A DNA stretch of 64,000 nucleotides from Octopus vulgaris (GCA_951406725.2 OX597833.1:5766001-5830000); one strand, 5' to 3'; positions 1 to 14,586 are shown, counted from the stretch's first letter. The notes: generated from the sequence alone by a model not told the origin. Program-made: numbers and translations.

Positions 1-271
1 TCTACGTGGTGGTCTTCTGCATAGTTTCCGGCAACCCAATTTCACTCAGTTTCACTCCCAAAGTTGTATTAGTCAAGACACCGTGGCTATGGTAGAAGAT
101 TGACCTCTAAGTCAGTCCTGTGATGGTGAAACGGACGTCCTAACTAATCAAATACAACTGCACAGGTTCACAGAAGTTCCTTAAGAAACATGGAAACCCA
201 TGAAAACACAAGAGTTTAGTGAGTAAAACATTTCCCTGGGGAAAATTGTAATGTTGGAGATAAGTATTGTG

Positions 272-327
<56 letters not shown>

Positions 328-479
328 AAATGTGAATATGGTAGAATCACAAATTACAGCCAATAAAGCTTTATCCGAAATGCTTGGAATATTCTGGAAT
401 GATTAGGATTTTTTTCAGATTTCCGAGTGATTGTAATTTGTATCTACGAAACGAGGCAGCTTGGGGAATAACTGGCAAT

Positions 480-792
480 CCGTCTGTTGCGACGACGAGG
501 GCCCCAGCTGATAAGAACAACGGAACAGCCTGCTCATGAAATCAACGTGCAAGTGGCTGAGTACCCCGCAGACACGCGTACCGTTAATGTCGTTCTCGTG
601 GAGATTCAAAGTGACACAGAATGTGACAAGGTTGGCCTTTTGAATTACAGGTACCACTCATTTTTACCTGCTGAGTGGACCGGAGCAAAGAGGAATAAAA
701 TGTCTTGCTCAAGGACACAACACTATGCTAGAATTCGAACTCAAGGCCTTTCAATCGTGAGCCGAATACCCAAATCATTAGCCACGCGCCTT
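480..792 (-). mobile_element. Old tRNA-derived SINE (family D-like head)
   Basis: Reverse complement begins aaggcgcgtggctaatg...gagttcgaattc...gtgttgtgtccttgagcaagaca, matching the head and central motif of copies at 32257 and 40631. Confidence 0.7.
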
Positions 793-990
793 TATAACAG
801 CTTGGGATTAAGGCTTAAATTTAAGCACACCATCCGTATTATAGAATATGAGCCATACAGGAGTTTTACCGATTGCAGTATATTAACTGTCATAGGTCGC
901 TCTAATTGCATCTGTTGATAGAGTAATTTTCGCTCTTTTGTAACCGTTCTTCTTGTACTTTTACATTGTTGGCAAATAAATGGTTCCAGT

Positions 991-1420
991 TAGAAGCAAT
1001 ATGCTGTCATTGAATTCGTAAAGAAGGAAGGGTGTTGGTTGTTCGACATCCATAAAATGTTACGGTCTGTTTGCGGAGATGACGTGTAGAGGCTGATGAA
1101 GTTTGGAAAAGAGGAAATTAGCTTTGAAGGCAAACCATGTAATGGGAGACCATCAACTGTGACCTCTGACACGAAACGTCAGCCGGTGGGGGGGGGGGAG
1201 CGAATTGATTGGCGTGGACAGACGACTCATAAGCGGTGAACTTGCTGCACAGCTTCTCTCTGACCGGAATGCATTGCAGAGGTGGAAGATTTTGGAAATT
1301 GGAAAGTGTGTGCAATTGAGTACCTCAGCAGAGAACAACCGATTTAAAGGTGAAGACAGTCGAACTAGGATCTGTTTTACTGGAAACACTTGAAGCCGAT
1401 GAAGATACGTATGTACACAC
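991..1420 (+). pseudogene. Degenerate mariner transposase N-terminal relic
   Basis: Frames read KQYAVIEFVKKEG..DIHKMLRSVCGD / GRPSTVT / ELIGVDRRLISGELAAQL / KVCA, the mariner HTH region, with stops and frameshifts. Confidence 0.65.
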
Positions 1421-1890
1421 CGTGAAGGTTGTTTTATATAAATATGGAGTTTTTCCAGTTTCGCCCACTGCAACAATTTCGCTTTGGGAAACTTCACATT
1501 CCACCGAAAAGCAAACATCCACTTGTTACATTTTCACTCAATCCAAGGTGGACAACGGAACTCCAAAAACCGATCGTACACACAAACATATACACATATA
1601 CACGTGCACACAGATAAGCGCATACAAAAATATATAAAGGTGACGTATTACGAAATATTGTTGAAAATGCACTTGGAGTCCTTAAGAACATTTAATTACA
1701 TTAACTCAACAGGTTACGGAATTACACTTTTGTTGAATGTAGTTGAAGATGGAGAGGGGAGACATAGAGGACATGGAGCCATGCAATGACTACATGCGTT
1801 AGTGTATGTAAATATACATGCACATAAAACATAAATCTACCTTTATCCCACATGTCTCTTACAAAAACGAATGAGTTATTTGAAAATCTA

Positions 1891-1946
<56 letters not shown>

Positions 1947-2002
1947 GAGAGAGAGAGAAAGAGAGACAGACAGACAGAGACAGAGAGAGACAGAGATATA
2001 TT

Positions 2003-2056
<54 letters not shown>

Positions 2057-2589
2057 ATCACCACACACAAGCACAACACTCACACACAGACACACACGAA
2101 AAATATGGAGAGAAATAGAGAAGTAGAGCGAAGGAAGTTGAATGAAAGCAGCAATAGAATACAACGAAGAAAAATACAGTGAAAGAGATTTGGGGAAAAG
2201 ATGAATGAATGAATGAAATAAAAAATAAGAAGGAAAAAATATAAATGAAGGGAAGGAAGAAGGAAGAAAAGAGAGAAGCGATTAAAGCAAAACATTGAAA
2301 GAACAATGGAATGGAAAATGAAGAAGTTATTTGAAAGAAATGGAATGAAATGAATGAGAAAGAAAGAGAATGGATGGAAAGAAATTTGACAAGGAAAGGC
2401 GGGAGAGGAGAATAATAACAAAATAAAAGAAGAAAGAGAACAAGATGAAAGAAAGATAGGATGAAGGAAAGTTAAAGAAGAAAAGAAGGAAGAACGGGAA
2501 GGAGAAGGAGCAAAAGTAAAAGTAAAGAAGGAAGACATGAAGGAAGGAAAAGAAAGAAGAGAGAAAGAAGAGGAAGGTGGAGGAGGGGG

Positions 2590-3055
2590 AGATGAAGAAG
2601 AATAAGATGATGATGATGATGATGATGAAGAAGAGGGAGTAGAAGAAGAGGATGATAATGTTGCTGCTGCTGCTGATGATGATGATAATGATGATGATGA
2701 TAATGAAGAAGAAGAGGAAGAAGAGGAAGAAGAAGAAGAAGATGATGATGATGATGTAGAAGAAGAAGAAGAAGAAGAAGAAGAAGAAGAAGAGGAAGAT
2801 GATGATGATGTAGAAGAAGGAGAAGAAGAAGAAGAAGAAGAAGAAGAGGAAGATGATGATGATGATGTAGAAGAAGAAGAAGAAGAAGAAGAAGAAGAAG
2901 AAGAAGAAGATGATAATGATGATGATGTTGATGATGATGATGGTGAAGAAGAAGAAGAAGAAGAAGAAGAAGAAGAAGAAGAAGAAGAAGGAAGAAGAAG
3001 AAGAAGAAGAAGAAGAAGAAGAAGAAGAAGAAGAAGAAGAAGAAGAAGAAGAATG
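2590..3055. repeat. (GAA)n/(GAT)n compound purine-rich microsatellite
   Basis: Directly visible trinucleotide arrays; they explain the poly-S/L/F ORFs. Confidence 0.95.
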
Positions 3056-3422
3056 AAAGAAATAAAGACAAAGAAAGAAAGAAAAAATGAAAGAAAAAGA
3101 AAAGAAGGAAGGAAAAAAGATGACAAAGATTAGGAAGACGGCGGTGACGAAGAAAGTTTTGGAAAATACAAAAAAAAAGAGAATGAAAATGTGTTGTGAA
3201 GAATGTCCGACTTACCGAAGACAGTGACAAAAACAAGATAAACAAGTGGAGACATCTTGTGGGGAAAAGCTACAAAGGCAGAATGATGTTAACACTCCAG
3301 TTACACTCCATATAACATCCCTTTATATATAGACGTCACTCACACCTCACACTCACCACTCATCCTCACATTCCCTGACAGCCTCTGTTTCTTTGTAACT
3401 CCCTTTCTCTTCAGCGTACACT

Positions 3423-3430
3423 CACACACA

Positions 3431-3483
<53 letters not shown>

Positions 3484-3538
3484 AGACACACACACACACA
3501 CACACATATGTATGTATTTAAGTATGAATTTTATGTAT

Positions 3539-3632
<94 letters not shown>

Positions 3633-3699
3633 TGTATATATATATATATATAGTACATACATACATACATAAAATTCATACATAAATACATACATATGT

Positions 3700-3744
<45 letters not shown>
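3423..3744. repeat. Fold-back (inverted duplication) within CA/TA/TG microsatellites
   Basis: tatgtatgtatttaagtatgaattttatgtatgtac (from 3507) is inverted at ~3653-3696, flanked by (CA)n on the left and (TG)n on the right. Confidence 0.8.
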
Positions 3745-3745
<1 letters not shown>

Positions 3746-4542
3746 ATTACGAAACTCACATATGTAAACATAAACACGTACTAAATTCAACGTCAGGCAC
3801 ACACACACACACACTCACACACACACACACATGCCGTGCACGCATATTCACACACGCGCACACATACCTCTTCAGACGCATACACAACACAATGCTATGC
3901 ATATAACCACAGATAGATTAACAGCTGATATATAATATTTCACCCCTCCCTCACACAAACATACACACACACATAGACGCATACAAACACATACATACAT
4001 ATACACAGATACACTCCTACACTCACACAAACACACACACACATAAGCGCACACATACACTCACAGTTATTGACATATATACATATACGTACATCCATAC
4101 ATATACATACATACTTATACACACGAATCTATATATATGTATATGTACATATAAGTGTGTGTATTGTGTATTTGATGTGTGTGTGTGTGTGTGTGAGTAC
4201 GCATGTGTGTATGTGTAAATGCGCACTTTCTTTTTCGGAACCCAGCCACATATATACACTGACATACCTATTTATAAACATGCTTCAATATATTTATATA
4301 TCTTTAAAATACAAGAATACAAGTGCTAACAGGCTATTCTCAAGATAGAGTTTTCGCAATGACATGTCTTACATGTTTTTTACAGCCTGACAGCATCCCT
4401 CTATAGGTCGATCCAAGTCTGACAAAAGTTTCATTTGGTCGTCAAAAAACGACGCGCAGTGGGACCAAACCCGCGTCCGCGAGTTTACAAAGCGGACTTC
4501 TTAACCATCTAACCATATCGCGTCTACGACTCGGATTGCAAA

Positions 4543-5048
4543 TCTATATATATAAAACTCTAGTTGTGTGAGTGTCTGTCCCCTTCGATTTAGATTCCTA
4601 ACTCCTCCCACATTTTGCGGTGCAGTTTAACCAAATTCGGGTATCTTATAGTCGTGATTCATATCGAGCCCGTCTGACTATTAGCGCGCGTCAACGATGA
4701 GTCTACGATTTTAAAAATAATTTAACATCATTTTTTATTCCATTTTAATGCATAAAATGCATCGTGTGTCGATGGCGGCGGAGTTGGCGTCCACGCTCAC
4801 AGCTGCACCTGTTTGCTTCTCCCCCTTCCCTCCCTCGTGAAGCTGTGGGGAAGGGAGTGTAAAGAAATCAACGTCGTAATGCGTTGTGAAGGAAACCAGC
4901 GTTCTTTTAGAACAACGACTTCATGGCTTGAAGACACCAAAACAAAAATGGCTAAGAAAGCCCGAATTTATAAGGGAAGTAACTCTCTAAAAATGCTTAT
5001 ATAGTTATTTCCCTTACAAACCCGAGCAACGCCGGACGATACTGCTAG
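4543..5048 (+). mobile_element. Non-autonomous Helitron (copy 1)
   Basis: Sits between A and T; 5' TC(TA)n start, 3' CTAG end, GC hairpin cccgagcaacgccgg just upstream of the end; further copies at 18375 and 47328. Confidence 0.85.
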
Positions 5049-5191
5049 TCTATCTATAAGGAAAGAGGGATGGTATTTATATTAATATATAAGCAACTCA
5101 TAGAACAAAAATACTTCGAGCAAGTTTTGTATACAACATAATTGCTCGCTTCAGAGTGCCAGGAGATTTATAATATAATGATATTAAGAAC

Positions 5192-5486
5192 GTTTATATA
5201 TTTGTTTTGCAAGATTCTTGATGTGAAATCGTGTGTTGAAACAGATGTTGTTGTATTTCAGAATGGTCATTTTGGTGTTACTCTGCTTCAGCGTTATTTA
5301 TTTTTTACATTAATCTTAATCTTATTTCGGACAGAGTTCTTTCGTCACACTCCTGTGACCTCATCAGTGGTCCTTTGCTTTCTTCTTTTTTATTGGTGTG
5401 TCTCTCATTACTAACGGTCAGCCATTTTGTATTTTGTATTCCTACTGGCTTAACTGGCAAAATGACCATTCCTAAATACAATAACA
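5192..5486 (-). mobile_element. TSD-flanked inverted-repeat element with relic hammerhead core (Penelope-like, non-autonomous)
   Basis: 12-bp direct repeat gatattaagaac at 5180-5191 and 5487-5498; 29-bp inverted repeat 5246-5274/5458-5486 (3 mismatches); minus-strand CTGATGA ggtcacaggagtgtgac GAAA...tcc GAAA. Confidence 0.65.
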
Positions 5487-6002
5487 GATATTAAGAACAG
5501 TATCATTATATTGAAGTGTTTAGAAGACGATACGGAATAAATGAAACCGTGAGATGTAGGATACAAGATAATGAGATGCATACGAAAATAAAGAAGAAAA
5601 ACAAAAATTATTGTATATCTAAGCTTATAGATTTAACAATAAAAGTTACAGATTATAATTAGCTTATAACTCAGACAAATCGAACAGGGGCCAGAGAGAC
5701 AAAAGTAACTGATTATACAGTGGGAATTTTGATTAAGGTGATAACGAATGTAGAAAATGCAGAATCTTGTGGATATAAGAAAAGCTAATGGATGAATCTG
5801 TAAAGAGTAGATTCTTCTCACTTTGACTGCGAAATTAATGTTAATGTCATGTGTTGCCGCTGGGCTTTTGTTTATCTTCTCTCTCCATTAAAGAAATTGA
5901 AATAAATTAAGGATTTATCGTGCACGACATTCCGTACGCACTTGTCAAACATGTAAATATTTGCCACTAGCTCTTTGGATTACATACGCACGCTGAGATA
6001 CT

Positions 6003-6073
<71 letters not shown>

Positions 6074-6096
6074 ACACACATGTATGTATATTTATA

Positions 6097-6133
<37 letters not shown>

Positions 6134-6924
6134 ACATACACATATGCATTGTGTATATACTTATCTTTGTGTGTTTGTGAATTTGTGTGTATGACAGTTT
6201 ATAACATTATTTGTATATGTATAATCGAGTGTGTGTGAATGTGTGTGTGTGTGTGTGTGTGTGCACGCGTGCGCATGCGCGCGTATTTACAGTTAAAAGG
6301 GAGAGTGCATAATTTCACTTACCAATTTTCCTTCTCCATCTTTACAGAACCCCTTTCCCTGGGCTGGTGGAAGGGAGACTCGCCCCCAAATATTTGCAAC
6401 AGAATAGACTCTACTAAAGAGAGACCAAAGTGTCATTTAGCGGCGTAGACGTAATCCGAATGATGGATGAAGTCTACCCCAACCCCATAGACTCCTCCCA
6501 TTCCCATGTCGGCATTTGAACCCAGAACGCTGAGGGACATAACAAGTACCGTAAAGAATGCTGTTCGTCTTTATTACAGTTTTACCAATCTACTATCTTG
6601 AATTGATGCTTTTTTTCTCGCCCCCCTTGAAGGGGGAAAAAGGGAAAGTTGATCTCGACTGGATTTGAACTCAAGGTCGAGAAATTAATATTAGGGATTT
6701 TTCTATCCAACTCCCTGACGACCCGCCCCATTTACAGCCTGAACCACTTCTGACTGAATGACAAGCTTTCGGTCTTGCTATTTTCCTCTCTAAATAGAGT
6801 GGAAACATTATATATATATATATATGTATGTATGTATAAATATATATATATTATCTACCCCCTCAAATCAACCCTAAATGAATGGGCATAACATCAAAGG
6901 CTTCCGGCCCTCACCAGCTGCTGC

Positions 6925-7545
6925 TACATACATACATACATGCATGCATACATACATATATACATACATACATACATGCATACATACATACATACATACA
7001 TACATACATACATACATACATACATACATAATACATACATACATACATACACACATAAATACATACATACATATATGATACATACATACATAATACATAC
7101 ATACATACATACATACATACATACATTCATACATACATACATTCATACATGCATACATACATACATACATACATACATACATACATACATACACACATAC
7201 ACACATAAATACATACATACATACATACATACATACATTCATACATGCATACATACATAATACATACATACATACATACATACATACATACACACATAAA
7301 TACATAAATACCTACATACATACATACATACATACATACATACATTCACATACATACATACATACATACATACACACATAAATACATAAATACCTACATA
7401 CATACATACATACATAATACATACATACATATGCATACATACATACATACATACATACATATGCATACATACATACATACATAATACATACATACATACA
7501 TACATACATACATACATACATACATACATAAATACATACATGCAT
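6925..7545. repeat. (ACAT)n tetranucleotide array
   Basis: Visible; similar arrays at 9338-9710, 10018-10580, 22522-23135 and 59618-60590. Confidence 0.95.
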
Positions 7546-7772
7546 ATATACGTGTATGTGTGTGTTCATATAAATATATAAAAGCGACTACTTTTAGATT
7601 ATTTATGCACGCGTATATAAACCGGAAGTTATGTCGCTTGAGAATTGGCAACGGTAGCATAAGTTTTTTAAATATAGAAATTTGTGTATTATTTTAATTC
7701 ATAGGCCTCGAATTATGTTTCGATACAGTTTATTTGCGCGCCCCCATCTTTCGCTCCCTCTCTCCCCCTCTC

Positions 7773-7842
<70 letters not shown>

Positions 7843-7856
7843 TAATAATAATAATA

Positions 7857-8245
7857 GAACACAAACCACCTCCAGTGCTTGAGAATGATCACATCTCACT
7901 CGTCTGGAACTTCACCATTCAAACTGACAGAAAGATAGATGCAAATAGGCCAGACATCATATTGAAAGACTTCAGACAAAAATCATGCTGCCTCATTGAT
8001 ATGACTGTCCCAATCGATATAAACGAATCTGTCAAGACCTACCAAAAACTGAGCAAATATAAAGATCTTGAAATAGAAATCAGCAAAATGTGGAACCTAA
8101 AGACTAAAACAATACCTGTTGTCATAGGTGCCCCAGAAATGATAGCAAAAGGGGCTGATTGCTACATAGCTCTACCAGGAAACCTCAAATTGGCAGAAAT
8201 TCAAAAGATAGTACTCATGGGAACTGCCCATATCCTACGTAAAAA
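7857..8245 (+). mobile_element. 5'-truncated R4/Dong-clade non-LTR retrotransposon, restriction-like endonuclease domain
   Basis: HKPPPVLEND..LVWNFTIQTDRKIDANRPDII..LIDMTVP..KLSKYKDL..IPVVIGA..IQKIVLMGTAHILRK (PD..D RLE motif); directly follows (TAA)n at 7774-7856. Confidence 0.88.
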
Positions 8246-8443
8246 GTCGATTGCATCGGCCCCAATGTTCAACTGGTATTTCATATCGACCTTGAAAGGA
8301 TGAGAAGCAGTTGACCTCGACAGAATTTCTTCTCAAAATGTAAAGACGGGTGAGTATTTTGTCCAGCGTACGAACGGTCCTGCCAGGTCACCGCCTTAGC
8401 AACAACAACAACAATAATTATTATAATAGTATCAATAATAATG

Positions 8444-8500
<57 letters not shown>

Positions 8501-8660
8501 TTGTTATGTTAGAAACTATGGTTTCTTGGATCGAGACTCTGGGTTTCACGTTACCAATTATACGAGCGATTGAAACAGGGAGTGGCGTGACAATACATAA
8601 ACAAACATATTTGAAAAATACATCGATATATAATTAGTTATCAAGATTAGGTTGGGTGCA

Positions 8661-8700
8661 GAATAGTCGTTACAATAATGCGTTGCACATTCATCAGTTC
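8661..8700 (-). ncRNA. Degenerate hammerhead-like motif
   Basis: gaa CTGATGA atgtg caa cgcat tatt GTAA cgac TA ttc; GAAA altered to GTAA; a 10-bp inverted repeat (8568-8577/8800-8809) flanks it. Confidence 0.35.
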
Positions 8701-10626
8701 AATTGTCCTTCTCAGAGCACGTGACATACTCATTTAAACTCAGTTTTGCCTTCTAAGGTGACCCTTCCCTATAGTTTATTCCTCTGTTTCAAATGACATT
8801 GTTTCAATCAGTTGTCCCAGATAAACAATCCATTCACTCAGGTCTTGTGACAAAAGCGGGCGCTACAGTGGGCTCTGTCGCCCAGATGGGCCTACAGTTA
8901 GTTTTAGCCATAACCTTAATAGAAGCGCTCATGTGACTGTATAAATAATTTACTGAATTATAACCTTAGGGGTTACAGGTTCAAATTCACTCTAGATATT
9001 TCAGTGTACCCGTTCTACCCAGGGAACTTACGCAACTGAATAATGACCTACATTTTCAAACAATGCCTGCAGGTGATAGATGTAAAATTGAAGAGAACTG
9101 AGGTACTATGACCACTTAAATTCCTGTAACTTTAGTTAAATAGCTGTGTTAGTGAAAAGGTTAAGTTAGATAACAAATTAAACGACATCGTACAATAGAA
9201 AAGTGGGGCAGCTGCTCTGGCTGTCAGTTGAGAGAGGTCAGACGACTCTACATGACAATGGCGTACATTCGATACCCTAACTTAACATTGTAGTTAAATT
9301 TATATCTTTAACAGACATTAATTTTAATTCTACGCATATACATACATACATACATACATACATACATACATACATACATACATACATACATACATACATA
9401 CGTACGTACGTACGTACGTACGTACGTACATACATACATACACACACACATACATACATACATACATACATACATACATACATACATACATACACACATA
9501 CATACATACACACATACATACAAACATACATACATACATACATACATACAAACATACATACATACATACATACATACATACATACACACATATATACATA
9601 CACACATACATACAAACATACATACATACATACATACATACATACATACATACATACATACAAACCTACATACATACACACATACATACATACAGATACA
9701 AACATACATACGCACGTACGTAGGCACAAATATACATACAGAGACACACAGAAATTCATTTGTCTATACATAAGCACACACACATACATATATACTTACA
9801 TACACACATAAATACCTGTATACATATGTACATAATATATAGTACATATGACCATACATTCAGAGACACAAACACACAGGCGTACATTCTGTGGAGGACG
9901 CATCGACAGCAGCTGGCCAAAAATGTCATCGCCGTACTACTTCCTACCATGAAATGTTACGCCATCTGCAGAAAAGTTTGTTCTCGGATAAAGATGAATA
10001 ACTCTTCTACTATGTGTACATACATACATACATACAAACATGCATACATACATATATATATACATACATACATACATACATACATACATACAAACATGCA
10101 TACATACATATATATATACATACATACATACATTCATACATGCATACATACATACATACATACATACATACATACATACATACATACATACATACGTACA
10201 TACATACATACATACATACATACATACATACATACATACATACATACGTGCATACATACATATATATATATACATACATACATACATTCATACATGCATA
10301 CATACGTACATACATACATACATATATACATACATACATACATATATACATATATGCATACATACATACATACATACATACATGCATATATACATACATA
10401 CATACATAGATACATACATACATACATGCATACATACATACAAACATGTATACATACATATATACATACATACATACATTCATACATGCATACATGCATA
10501 CATACATACATACATACATACATACATACGTACATACATACATATATACATACATATGTATATATATACATACATACACACACGCGTGAACACACGTATG
10601 TATATAAATATATATTTGTATATATT

Positions 10627-10666
<40 letters not shown>

Positions 10667-10783
10667 CAGTTAATCCAAACAAGAAAGCACAAAAAAACAC
10701 AACAACGTGAGGACGTGGAACAAATAAAGTATTATTGGACGCTCAGGAAAGAAGGAAAGAAGGACCCTTTAACGTTTCGAGCG
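10667..10783 (-). mobile_element. Truncated HHR element (3' half of hammerhead plus tail) within (TA)n
   Basis: Minus strand cgctc GAAA cgt TA aaggg...gagcgtccaataatac...ggattaactg(TA)n; the tail resembles that of 58881-59014. Confidence 0.5.
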
Positions 10784-10915
10784 TTATATATATATATATA
10801 TATAAGTAGCAAGGATGTCTTAATATCAATGTATTACGGCCTCTCGAGCTGCGCGCACTTTACCGAACAGGCTTGTTGCCTCAATTTAAGTATCTAATTC
10901 AACTGAATCTTAATC

Positions 10916-11042
<127 letters not shown>

Positions 11043-11066
11043 GAAATAGATAGACAGATAGATACA

Positions 11067-11104
<38 letters not shown>

Positions 11105-11219
11105 TACATTCATACATACATATGGCATGCGTTACTATTTCACTCACTAACTAATAGTATATACACCCACGTACACACATACACACACATATATGTATAT
11201 ATGTATGTATATATGTATG

Positions 11220-11352
<133 letters not shown>

Positions 11353-11795
11353 GTATATGTATATATATGTATGTAATTGCTGCTGTCTTCATACACACAC
11401 ACACACACACACAAACGCACGTGCGCACACACACACAAACGCTCGTGCGCGCACACACACACACACACATACTTCCAGAGTGTCCCACCTCAAAATGTAT
11501 ATACACTTAAACAGCAGATTTCTCAGTTTCCATTTCCTATTAAATTTCATTCTCCAGACTTAATGAAAGGAACCAGACCAAACTTAGCACCAAGGACATT
11601 CATCCCAAACTGCTTCTGGAAGTTTGGAAAATACAGTCAAAGTTCAAAGAGTATTTCGTCCCTTTAGTTCCCTACACTTCAAGGGTTGCTGAGCCCACTT
11701 ACGTCATGAATTCTATGAATCCTTCTGCGATTTTCCGAACGTTTAAACTCAGAAACCCCTTGGGCGATATTAATTCTTTGAACTATGGAATATAT

Positions 11796-12218
11796 CCTTT
11801 TCTACTCTAGGTACAAGGCCCGAAAATTTTGGGGAGGGGGCGGGGCAGATGATTAGATCGACCCCAGTACGCAACTGGTATATTATTTATCAATCCAGAA
11901 AGGATGAAAGCAAAGTCAACTTCGGTGGAATTTGAACTCAGAACGTAAAGACAGACGAAAACTATGGAATATATCCTTTTCTACTGAAGGTACAAGGCCT
12001 GCAATTTTTAAGGAAGGGACCAATCGATTAGATCGATCCCAGTATGCAACTGGTACTTAATTTATCGGCCCCGGAAGGATGAAAGTCAAAGTCGACCTCG
12101 GCGGAATTTGAACTCAGAATGTAAAGACAGACGGAATACTGCTATAATAATCTTTTCTACACTAGGCACAAGGCCCCTAATTTTTGGGGAGAGGGCCAGT
12201 CGATTAGATCGACCCCAA
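11796..12218 (-). mobile_element. Tandem partial copies of SINE family B (Deu/Nin-like domain)
   Basis: Three starts of cttttctact..ggtacaaggcc; reverse complement carries the tttcatcctt..gataaattaagtacc motif. Confidence 0.8.
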
Positions 12219-12319
12219 TACATACATACATACATGCGCCCTCACGTACATACATACATGCGCCCTCACGTACATAATACATACATACATACATACATAC
12301 ATACATACATACATACACA

Positions 12320-12720
12320 CGCAGGAGTGGCTGTGTGGTAAGTAGCTTGCTAACCAACCACATGGTTCCAGGTTCAGTCCCACTGCGTGACATCTTGGGC
12401 AAGTGTCTTCCGCTATAGCCCCGGGCCGACCAATGCCTTGTGAGTGGATTTGATAGACGGAAACTGAAAAGAAACCTGTCGTATATATGTATATATATAT
12501 ATGTGTGTGTGTTTGTGTGTGTGTGGTTGTCCCCCTAGCATTGCTTGACAACCGATGCTGGTGTGTTTACGTCCCCGTCACTTAGCGGTTCGGCAAAAGA
12601 GATCGATGGAATAATTACTGGGCTTACAAAGAATAAGTCCCGGGGTCGATTTGCTCGACTAAAGGCGGTGCTCCAGCATGGCCGCAGTCAGATGACTGAA
12701 ACAAGTAAAAGAGTTAAAGA
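12320..12720 (+). mobile_element. SINE family A (tRNA head, internal TA/TG tract)
   Basis: cgcaggagtggctgtgtggtaag..ggttcagtcccactgcgt..gactgaaacaagtaaaagag; highly similar to five other copies in the window. Confidence 0.9.
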
Positions 12721-13152
12721 GAGAGAATATAAATGTGTGTGTGTGTGTGTGTGTGTGCGTGTGTGTGTGTATTTATCCCAGATTCGAGAGAATAAACAAA
12801 ACAGAATAAGAAAAAAACAAAAACAAATGAAACAAACAAATACAGAAACATAAATAAGTCAATAACTGAATGGGGAGGGGGAGGGGGAGTAGGTGGAAAA
12901 AGAAAGAAAAGGAAAGAGAGAAAGTAAGAAAGAATAAAAGGAAAAAAGGAAAGAAGGAAAGAAAGAAATTATGGAGGGAAGGATGAATGGACGACAAAAG
13001 CAAAAAAAAAAAAAAAATAGAAAAGAATAAAAGAACGGGAAAACATGAGTCATTGTGTCGCAGATTAAGAAACGCCATTAAAGTGTTCAAGATGGTTGCG
13101 TTAAGATTTCGAAATGGAATTGTTGAGAGGGACGTCACTTTGGTGGAGTTTG

Positions 13153-13183
<31 letters not shown>

Positions 13184-13345
13184 ACCTCTGTGGGTGTATG
13201 CCATGAGTTGAATTCTTCAATGTGTTTTCATGTTTGCTTATAAACGTATTACACAAACAAGAATATGTTAACAATTGCATGTCCGCGTACAGTTGTATGT
13301 ATACTTATCAATCTATCTGTCTGTCAGTCTATCTATCTATCTATA

Positions 13346-13424
<79 letters not shown>

Positions 13425-13477
13425 ACCTACCTACCTACCTACCTACCTATCTATCTATCTATATATCTATCTATCTA

Positions 13478-13520
<43 letters not shown>

Positions 13521-13586
13521 ACCTACCTACCTACCTACCTATCTATCTACCTACCTACCTACCTACCTACCTACCTACCTACCTAC

Positions 13587-13648
<62 letters not shown>

Positions 13649-13673
13649 GTCTGTCTGTCTTTTTACACACACA

Positions 13674-14586
13674 AGAAGGGGTACCCAAAAGTAACCCGGA
13701 ACGTTCTCTGTGAGACAAGTCCGTTGTCGTTCAGGCTTCGCCGATAGAAGCCACTTGATGCGACCCTCAGGCATCAGTCTGCCAACCGGCGTCGTCTGCT
13801 ATGGTCGCACTGCTACGTGGTGCGTCCTTTTTTTTCCAGAGCTTCTCCCCTGTTGGTCGATTTTTGCGATGGTTGAAACGAAGGAACAGCGTGCTTCCGT
13901 GAAATTCTGTTTCCTGCAGGAGAAAACGGCAGCCAAAACAATCGTCATGCTTCAAACACCGTACAAGGACACTGTGCCATGAGCCAAACACAAGTTTACG
14001 AGGGGTTTCCACGCTTTAGGAATGGTCACTCGTCGCTTGAAGACCAAACATCGTTCAGGGCGACCGTCGACCTCCCAAAGGAATGAAAACATCATGGAAA
14101 TTCATAAATTAATCTTGGAAGACCGTCACCAAATAATTGACGAACTTGTTGATATGACTGGTGTGTCTTGGTGCTCCTGCGAACGAATTCTGGGCGAGGA
14201 ATTGCGAATGAAAAGAGTTCCAGCAAAAGGTGTGACCCCACTTGCTCACGGAAGATGAAAAGCAGTCATGACTGAATGTGTGTCGTGAAATGAAAGAACA
14301 GATGGAAGTTGATCCGGACCTTCTTTTCTCGAATGTCATTAAATGTGAGGAAAGCTGATACCATGGAATTTGCTGATGTGGAAGAGGTGAAGAAAAAAAG
14401 GACGGCGGCGTTAAGAGGCATCACTTTGCAAGAGTTCCAGCACTGCTTCGAACAGTGGAGAATGCGTCTGGACTGATGCATTGCTTAAAATGGAGAATAC
14501 TTTGAAGGTGATAAAAATATAAACATGGAAAACTAAGGGGATAAAATAATATTGCAAAATTCTGGTCTCTTTTGGGTATCCCCTCA
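13674..14586 (+). mobile_element. Internally deleted mariner element
   Basis: Imperfect TIRs ggggtacccaaaag / cttttgggtatcccc; MVETKEQRASVKFCFL, SGRPSTS, KRVPAK and C-terminal FQHCFEQW..CIA.NGEYFEG; the catalytic region is missing. Confidence 0.85.

Noticed and set aside
1093-1110. CTGATGA agtttg GAAA
   Set aside because: It lies in mariner coding sequence and forms no stems.
2080-3245. Long ORFs (348 aa, 257 aa) and all similar MYVC/HTYI/poly-residue ORFs across the window
   Set aside because: They are translations of stop-free microsatellites with no protein-like composition.
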